Below are positions 56,601 through 64,000 of a DNA stretch of 64,000 bases, piece by piece. The stretch comes from a candidate division WOR-3 bacterium (GTDB lineage Bacteria > Hydrothermota > Hydrothermia > JBDRYB01). Position 1 is the first letter of the stretch; each line of letters begins with the position of its first letter. The position numbers and the translations under genes were made by a program. The DNA is taken from the NCBI GenBank assembly GCA_039803205.1, contig JBDRYB010000003.1:64001-128000 (forward strand). The letters run 5' to 3'. The notes under the pieces were generated by a model. The model saw only the letters and a program-made list of their open reading frames with translations, was not told the origin of the DNA and made no database searches.

Positions 56601-57373
56601 CTGGTTTTCGTGACCTTAAGGAGTTTCACCCTCTGAGGGGTTGCATCCACAACCTCTATTCTCAAATTCTCTAACTCCACCTTCTCCCCTTTTTTGGGGA
56701 CATGGCCGAGGCGCTCTATGACGAATCCGCCAAGGGAAAGTGCCTCCTCAGATGAGAGATTCATCCCGATGATCTCTGATGCCTCCTCAAGATCAAGCCT
56801 CGCAGATATGAGCCATGAGCCGTCAGGGAGGGTTCTGTAAGTAAATTCCTCCCTGTCATACTCCTCCCATATGTCCCCCACTATCTCCTCAAGGATATCC
56901 TCAGTTGTGACCAAGCCGACGAGGGAACCATACTCGTCAACCACAAGAGCGATGGACGCCTTTTCCCTCTGAAAAAGCCTGAGGGTATCAAGCGCCAGCT
57001 GGGCGTGCGGGACGAAGAGGGGTTTTATTGCAAGATCCCCAGCCCTCATCTCATCCAGCTTGTCCAGGAATTTTATCACCTCTTTTATGTGAAGGACACC
57101 GACCACCTCCTCGCCTTCATCCGTGAGAACCGGTATCTTTGAATATCCGTGCTCCTTGTATTCTTCAACCACCTCTCTGAGGGTCTGGCTTGCCCTGGCA
57201 GTTTCCGCGTCAACGCGGGGAACCATTATCTCCTCAACCGTGGTCTCCTTTGCCTCCAGGATGGATACGAGCAATTCCTGCATGTGTGAGGAGAGGATCC
57301 CACGCTTGGTTGCCTCAGCCAGAAGCCTCTCAATGTCCTCAGTCCCCTTTATCCTCCTGCCAAACATCCTCAT
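56597..57373 (-). CDS. CorC/HlyC-type CBS-domain protein
   Basis: EIMVPR, GYSKIPV, VVDEYG, EDILEEIVGDI, SLGGFV. Confidence 0.9.
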   Translation of the reverse strand: MRMFGRRIKGTEDIERLLAEATKRGILSSHMQELLVSILEAKETTVEEIMVPRVDAETARASQTLREVVEEYKEHGYSKIPVLTDEGEEVVGVLHIKEVIKFLDKLDEMRAGDLAIKPLFVPHAQLALDTLRLFQREKASIALVVDEYGSLVGLVTTEDILEEIVGDIWEEYDREEFTYRTLPDGSWLISARLDLEEASEIIGMNLSSEEALSLGGFVIERLGHVPKKGEKVELENLRIEVVDATPQRVKLLKVTKTS

Positions 57374-58004
57374 CTCCTCCGTTAATCCTTGGAAAACCGC
57401 CCTCCTCCTTCACCAGGCCAGCGGATATTACCATCTTCAAACCCTCCTCCACGGTGAGGTCCACGGGTCTCACCTCATCCTTTGGCACGATCATGTACCA
57501 TCCGGATGTGGGATTGGGAGCGGTTGGAACATATATGTTCAGGTGTTCCTTTCCATCTATCACCCAGGGCTCTGGGCTGGTTATGAACCCTATTGCCCAA
57601 GTGCCCCTGTATGGAAACTGAACGAGGACAACGCTCCTGAAAGCGGGTTTCTTGCCGGTCAGGACCGCATCAACAACCTGCCGAGATGCCGAGTATATGC
57701 TCTTTATCACGGGTGGCTTGCTCATTATGTTCTCCGCGGCCCTGACGAGGCTCCTTCCGATATAGCTGGTCGCTATCGCACCAACGATATAGATTAGGAA
57801 AAGGATTATCAGAAGGCCCAGAAGAAGAAGTATGGGGCCGGGCACAAATCTCAGGAATGGGAGGAGTCTCAGGAGGTCAACGCTCCAGCCTGCTATGAAG
57901 TTTATGAAAAGCCAGATTATGACGAATGTGGTGATCACCGGTAGCATGACCGCCACCCCGGCCAGAAACCGTCTCCTCGTCTTTATCCAGAACCTACCTG
58001 CCAT
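57339..58004 (-). CDS. DUF502 membrane protein
   Basis: IKSIYS, VVLVQFP, YVPTAPNPTSG, VISAG. Confidence 0.9.
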   Translation of the reverse strand: MAGRFWIKTRRRFLAGVAVMLPVITTFVIIWLFINFIAGWSVDLLRLLPFLRFVPGPILLLLGLLIILFLIYIVGAIATSYIGRSLVRAAENIMSKPPVIKSIYSASRQVVDAVLTGKKPAFRSVVLVQFPYRGTWAIGFITSPEPWVIDGKEHLNIYVPTAPNPTSGWYMIVPKDEVRPVDLTVEEGLKMVISAGLVKEEGGFPRINGGDEDVWQEDKGD

Positions 58005-58764
58005 AGAGTGCCTCTAGGATTATGGGAAGCGCAACCCCTGCTCCTGCACGGAATATGAAATCGCAATCGGCCGATAAGGGGGTTTCTCTAGGGTTGACCT
58101 CAACCAGCACGGAGCCGCGCCTTTTGGCGAGATAGGGGAGTGAGGCCGCGGGTTGAACGAGGCCGCTCGTTCCGACCGAGAAGAATACCTGGGCCCCTGA
58201 TGAGAGCTCAAAGGCTTTCTCCAGTGCATAGGTCGGCAGTGGCTCACCGAACCAGACTATATCTGGCCTCGCAAGCGCTCCGCAAGCAGGGCAATGGGGC
58301 ATCCCATCAGGGCCAAGAGGGGCCTCTTCAAGGGGAAAGATGGAGCGACAGGAGGTGCATCTTGCCCTGGCGAGGTTCCCGTGAAGCTCAATTATCCTTC
58401 GTGAGCCAGCACGCTGGTGAAGGCCGTCAACATTCTGGGTTATCAGATAAAAATCCGGAAATATCCGCTCCATCTCAGCGAGAGCGAGGTGGCCTGGGTT
58501 CGGTTTTGCCTCCTTTACATTCTCAGCCCTTGCCCTATACCAGTCCCAGACCGTTTTCGGGTCCCTCGCGAAAGCCTCCGGGGAGGCCAAGTCCTCTGGC
58601 CTGAGCCTAGACCATACCCCATCAGGGTCCCTGAATGTCGGTATCCCGCTCTCAGCTGAGACTCCAGCGCCGGTTAGAACAACTGCTCTCTGGAAACCAC
58701 CCACAGCCCGCGCTAGAGCACGGGCCTCCCTTCGCAAGGAACTGTCCGAGTCTTCCTTATCCAT
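57994..58764 (-). CDS. cobB: NAD-dependent protein deacylase (class III sirtuin)
   Basis: GAGVSAESGIPTFR, WYxxR, TQNVDGLH, RPDIVWFGE, GTSG. Confidence 0.94.
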   Translation of the reverse strand: MDKEDSDSSLRREARALARAVGGFQRAVVLTGAGVSAESGIPTFRDPDGVWSRLRPEDLASPEAFARDPKTVWDWYRARAENVKEAKPNPGHLALAEMERIFPDFYLITQNVDGLHQRAGSRRIIELHGNLARARCTSCRSIFPLEEAPLGPDGMPHCPACGALARPDIVWFGEPLPTYALEKAFELSSGAQVFFSVGTSGLVQPAASLPYLAKRRGSVLVEVNPRETPLSADCDFIFRAGAGVALPIILEALYGR

Positions 58765-58854
58765 TTGGCGATAATGATAAAGGCCTAGGTTTTAGGGTTT
58801 CAAGCGCGAGTTGAAATCATTTGGGCTTTGCCTTTAAAATTATGAAAGGTATCT

Positions 58855-60630
58855 ATGCCGCTCAGGGGTAAACGGATCCTCCTCGATCCCGGACACGGGG
58901 GCGAGGAGTATGGAGCTGTTGGGCCTGGTGGGCTGAAGGAGAAGGATGTTAACCTCTCGGTTGCCTTTTTTCTGAGGGATATGTTATCAGGGGCGGGCGC
59001 GGAGGTCTTCATGACGAGAGAGGGGGATGAGACCATTTCCAGGTGGGAGAGACGCGATATTGCAAACCAGCTGAAGCCTGACGCATATGTCTCCATACAC
59101 CACAACGCCTCGCCTGAGGAGTTCACGAACCGAGTTGAGGTCTACTATCCGTGGGTGGCTCAGGGCCCTTCCGTTGACCTCGCTTGGATAGTCGCTCACA
59201 GGCTCTCAGAGGCCATGGGCCTACCGTTCAGGAATCCCCTCCCCTCAAAGTATACGGTGATGCAGGTAGATGTGGAACCCGCTATACTCACCGAGGCATC
59301 ATACATAGCTGATCCGCGGGAGGAGATGTTCCTGAGAAATGAAAAGCGCAGGCGGGAAGAGGCCAGAGCCATATTTGAGTCCCTTAAATACTACTTTGAG
59401 GTTCCAGGGCCAACCATAAGGTCCGTGAGCATATCGGAGGGAAGGGTTCTGGTGAAGGTGGATGGAGAGATGGAACCCCTATACAGCACGGTTCGCATAA
59501 ACGGCCAAGAACCCATATTTGAGGTCTCGCCAGAAGGGCTTTCGGTTTATCTGCCATTTCTTTCAAACGGGCTCCATGTTGTGGAATGCATTGTCCGGAA
59601 TCACTGGGGAAGGAGCTCAAAGCTGGTCAGGCACGAGTTCATGGTGAAGCGTCCTGCTGCTGCCTTTGCCGCCTCGGTTTTTCCTCCCATTGTTCCATAC
59701 AAAACAGAAGCGCCTCTGCTTCTAACCATTGAGGTGCTCGATCACTACGGGATGGCTGTTGCCGACGGGACGCCAGTTGATGTGGAGATACTGGAACCCT
59801 CGGGCGAGACCATTAGGGAGTCGTTCACCACTGATCACGGCGCTGTTCTCTATCCCTGGAGGACCAACGCCACATCCGCGAGGATAAGGCTATCATCAGG
59901 GAGGGCGCAAAGGATCATTCCAGTTGAGATACGCAGGGACAGCCGGTATTCAATGTTTGCTGGTGAGATAACGCCGCCGGGCAAGAATGTCCGGGTCCGT
60001 TACAGATCTCACAGCTTCCCCGCTCTGGGCGGCCGATACTTCTGGATATCTGGTCTAGGCGGCATTTCAGGGGATATAGAGATATGGGCTATGGGCTACA
60101 AACCGCAGATAATAGAGGTGGAGATCCCACCAGGTGGCTCGGAGTTCCGAAAGATAACCCTTGAACCCCTTCAGGGTGGGCTTCTGCTCGATAGGAGGTT
60201 TTACATAGACATAGGCGATCCGAGGCTCATGCCCGTCGCGACCGAGCTCAGACACCTCCTTTCCTTTCACGGTGCCACGGTTAAGATGTCCCAGACAACT
60301 CAGATAACATGGGCTCCAGAGGAACACTCTGCTTGGGAGGCGCAGGAGTTCGGGTCTGAGGTTCTGGTCTCTCTGGATGTGAGGCCAAAGAGGCAGGTGA
60401 AATACTACTATCTTGACAGGAAGGGCACGGCCCTCGCGGAGATAATAAAGGCTGAGCTTGACTCCCTCGGGTATGAATACGAGATGGCGGAGAGCGGCCA
60501 GTATATACTAATACATCCGGATGGGGCACGGGTTGCCGTTCACCTTCCCGTTGACGGCGCCCTATCCGGCATAGCCGAGGCTATATTCAAAGGGATCCTT
60601 AACTACGCTGTTATAGAGTTCTCAGGGTGA
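58855..60630 (+). CDS. N-acetylmuramoyl-L-alanine amidase (Amidase_3) with C-terminal degenerate amidase-like domain
   Basis: LDPGHGG, EKDVNL, SIHHNA, ILTEAS. Confidence 0.88.
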   Translation: MPLRGKRILLDPGHGGEEYGAVGPGGLKEKDVNLSVAFFLRDMLSGAGAEVFMTREGDETISRWERRDIANQLKPDAYVSIHHNASPEEFTNRVEVYYPWVAQGPSVDLAWIVAHRLSEAMGLPFRNPLPSKYTVMQVDVEPAILTEASYIADPREEMFLRNEKRRREEARAIFESLKYYFEVPGPTIRSVSISEGRVLVKVDGEMEPLYSTVRINGQEPIFEVSPEGLSVYLPFLSNGLHVVECIVRNHWGRSSKLVRHEFMVKRPAAAFAASVFPPIVPYKTEAPLLLTIEVLDHYGMAVADGTPVDVEILEPSGETIRESFTTDHGAVLYPWRTNATSARIRLSSGRAQRIIPVEIRRDSRYSMFAGEITPPGKNVRVRYRSHSFPALGGRYFWISGLGGISGDIEIWAMGYKPQIIEVEIPPGGSEFRKITLEPLQGGLLLDRRFYIDIGDPRLMPVATELRHLLSFHGATVKMSQTTQITWAPEEHSAWEAQEFGSEVLVSLDVRPKRQVKYYYLDRKGTALAEIIKAELDSLGYEYEMAESGQYILIHPDGARVAVHLPVDGALSGIAEAIFKGILNYAVIEFSG

Positions 60631-61400
60631 AACTTTACGATACCCACGCGCACCTAAACGACCCTATCTTTGCAGATGACCTGAACGATGTCCTCAAGAG
60701 GGCGAGGGATGCCGGAGTATGCATGGTAAACATAGTTGGCTGGGATATCCAATCCTCTCGCGATGCGATCAGGGTCTCCGAGAAGTATCCTGATATTCTC
60801 AGAGCAATAGTGGGATTTCATCCGAATTACTCGGCTGGTTGGCGGGATAGCTGGCTCTCGGAGCTGGAGAAGCTCCTTGAAAACCCTTTGGTTGTTGGGA
60901 TAGGTGAGATCGGGATGGATGCTTATTGGAGCTACGCTTCGCTTTCCGATCAGGAGAAAGCCTTCAGGTCCCAGCTCATGCTGGCAAAAGATAAAGGCCT
61001 TCCAGTTGTCCTCCACATCAGAAAGGCATTTGACAGGGTTTTGCCCATCCTTGAGGAAATGAGGCCGCAGAAGGCCCTTTTCCACGCCTTCTCAGGGGGC
61101 ACAAACGAGGCGCTCTGGGCAACTGAGCGAGGTTATCCCATATCCGTGACAGGGGTCATCGTTCTCGGTTCAAAGAGACTCAGATCGGTAGTCCGGAGGA
61201 TCGGATTATCCTGGCTGGTCGCTGAGACGGATTGCCCATACATATCCCCCATAAGGGGCCATAGGAACGAACCGGCCAATGTTAGGCTGGTCGTGGAGAA
61301 AATATCTGAGCTCCTGAACACGCCTGTGGGGTATGTGGCGCAGGTCATCTGGGAGAACTCGTCCCGGTTCTTCTTGAACGCTCCCCTTCGTTCCCCTTAA
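60627..61400 (+). CDS. tatD: TatD family hydrolase
   Basis: DTHAH, GFHP, GEIGMD, LHIR, ETDCPY. Confidence 0.93.
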   Translation: MKLYDTHAHLNDPIFADDLNDVLKRARDAGVCMVNIVGWDIQSSRDAIRVSEKYPDILRAIVGFHPNYSAGWRDSWLSELEKLLENPLVVGIGEIGMDAYWSYASLSDQEKAFRSQLMLAKDKGLPVVLHIRKAFDRVLPILEEMRPQKALFHAFSGGTNEALWATERGYPISVTGVIVLGSKRLRSVVRRIGLSWLVAETDCPYISPIRGHRNEPANVRLVVEKISELLNTPVGYVAQVIWENSSRFFLNAPLRSP

Positions 61401-61430
61401 AATTTCCCTCCGATTGTAGGAGGTTTTAAC

Positions 61431-61907
61431 ATGAAAAAGGCTCTTTGCATGGCGATGATGGGTGTTCTTCTCTCTTGCGGCGGGAAAAAGGAAGCAAAGA
61501 AGGAAGCCCCTGTTGTGATGATGGGTCAGTGGGCCGAGAGCAATATCTGGGGGCTCAGGGTTGACAGCATCTCTGACAAGATAACCCCTGGCATGGACAG
61601 ATACTACAAGCTAGTCTACGCGTCGGTGAAGAACATCACCCAGTCAGAACAGCCCTTCATGCTTCAAGACATGGCCCTTGTAATGCTCGTGGAGAGGAGG
61701 GACACCGCAGAGATGAAATATCAGATAGATGGCATAGTTTCCCAGTCCGAGATGAACAAGCGAAAATATCCCGTCTCAACAACGGTGAAGGCCGGGGGAG
61801 AAACCAAGGTCATCCTTGCCTACAGCCTTCCGGTTGAGGCCAGGCCGAACCTCCTAAAGGTTAACGATGGGGTGGGTCCAAAGGTTAGTTATGTGAGGCT
61901 TGAATAA
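61431..61907 (+). CDS. Lipoprotein (DUF4352-like)
   Basis: Lipobox LLSC; AGGAGG RBS. Confidence 0.65.
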   Translation: MKKALCMAMMGVLLSCGGKKEAKKEAPVVMMGQWAESNIWGLRVDSISDKITPGMDRYYKLVYASVKNITQSEQPFMLQDMALVMLVERRDTAEMKYQIDGIVSQSEMNKRKYPVSTTVKAGGETKVILAYSLPVEARPNLLKVNDGVGPKVSYVRLE

Positions 61908-61928
61908 AATAACCCCATATCCCCCTGG

Positions 61929-62588
61929 TTATTGCACCTCGTAATCAACCAGCTCGTTGCCGTTGGTTTCCGCCGAGTCCTGGGAATAGATAACCCCGAC
62001 CCCTGGATAAACCCAGTTGAACATGGTTGTGCTTGAGTATGGGACTCCCTCCACAAACCATGTCCACCTGTAGGCAACCTTATAGCAGTCAGTAAAGTTC
62101 CCGGCCGGCACATTCTTGTCTTCCTGAGAGAGGACCTCGGCCAGGACCAGGACCCTGATGTTCACCGGCGGCGGAAAGTCTATGGTCGTGTCCCTGTCCA
62201 TCGCTGTCCAGGTGTCGCCAACCGCGAGGTTCTCTTCCTTTATGGCCTTGAAATCAGCAGTTATAAGCAGGGATATGGGGCTGTCAATCTGGACCTCATA
62301 TGTCATCCATTCAAACCCTCCTTCGTAGTAAGCGATGAAGGTGTCAACATACTGGGTGTCCGGGGTATAGGCCCTGGTCTCCACCACGAAGCCAGCCTTG
62401 CCGTTGTGGGTTGTGTCCGAAACGATAACGACAGTGTCATAGCTGGTGGTGTCAGGGGTGTTCCTGTGAAACCACCAGTTCCCGACCGTCAGGGGTATGG
62501 TTTTTGGAGGGGTTGTCCCCTCGCCGCCATCGCGGCCGCAGCCCGCAAGCATGACTGCGATCGTTCCGCATAGTGTAAGTCTTTTCAT
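61929..62588 (-). CDS. Lipoprotein
   Basis: Lipobox LAGC; PLTVGNWW, VPAGNFTDC, GVGVI. Confidence 0.75.
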   Translation of the reverse strand: MKRLTLCGTIAVMLAGCGRDGGEGTTPPKTIPLTVGNWWFHRNTPDTTSYDTVVIVSDTTHNGKAGFVVETRAYTPDTQYVDTFIAYYEGGFEWMTYEVQIDSPISLLITADFKAIKEENLAVGDTWTAMDRDTTIDFPPPVNIRVLVLAEVLSQEDKNVPAGNFTDCYKVAYRWTWFVEGVPYSSTTMFNWVYPGVGVIYSQDSAETNGNELVDYEVQ

Positions 62589-62653
62589 GATAAACTCCCT
62601 TTCTGAGCTAGCAGATTATAGGACAAGATCCAAAGAGGGATCAAGATCCCGAA

Positions 62654-62696
62654 CTCCAAAAATGCGATCGCCGAAGAGGTATGAACAGGATGTCAA
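62654..62696. repeat. 43-bp element, exact inverted copy of 47963-48005
   Basis: ctccaaaaatgcgatcgccgaagaggtatgaacaggatgtcaa. Confidence 0.95.
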
Positions 62697-62882
62697 ACTC
62701 CGAGATCATGGAGAAAGGTGGGTGAGTTCATCCAGAAAGGGATAGTCCCTCGAGCATTCAGGAGGGTTTCACGATCCTTGAGTATTACACGAGGAGAAGG
62801 GGAATAATGTTCATAGCGAAACTCTGAGCGTGCCCCGCGCGAGCTTGAACTGGATTACCCCCTTCATTTATACTTTAGCCCG

Positions 62883-64000
<1,118 letters not shown>

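Overview
Bacterial chromosome window, most likely an FCB-related thermophile such as candidate phylum WOR-3/Hydrothermae. This assignment is inferred from several secreted proteins with T9SS-type C-terminal tails, NfnAB and a V-type ATPase subunit. Most of the window is scrambled housekeeping and cell-envelope genes: efp, accB, fba, aroC, pdp, hutH, ugd, nfnAB, cobB, tatD, ligA, tRNA-Gln and many glycosyltransferases. The main finding is a phage-derived system broken into intact modules. (i) 29450-33352 is a head-neck-tail operon: HK97 prohead protease, major capsid plus terminator, adaptor, head closure, tail terminator, tail tube and chaperone. It lacks portal, large terminase, tape measure, integrase, replication and lysis genes and is flanked directly by host genes. 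(ii) About 5 kb away, at 22740-24248, a CI-like S24 repressor is divergent from a split sigma-like gene and a short TerS-like gene, with a palindromic operator over the -10 box. Together these suggest a domesticated, dispersed GTA/PBSX-like element. Other observations: a tandem array of secreted beta-propeller genes sharing a 162-bp 3'-end/hairpin repeat with an anti-SD loop; a tRNA-Lys 3' half next to a decayed integrase and a low-GC metalloprotease operon; widespread apparently leaderless genes; ultra-short signal peptides; a flippase-GNAT fusion; eroded IS1634/IS4-like remnants. All family calls come from recognising motifs by eye; no database searches were run.
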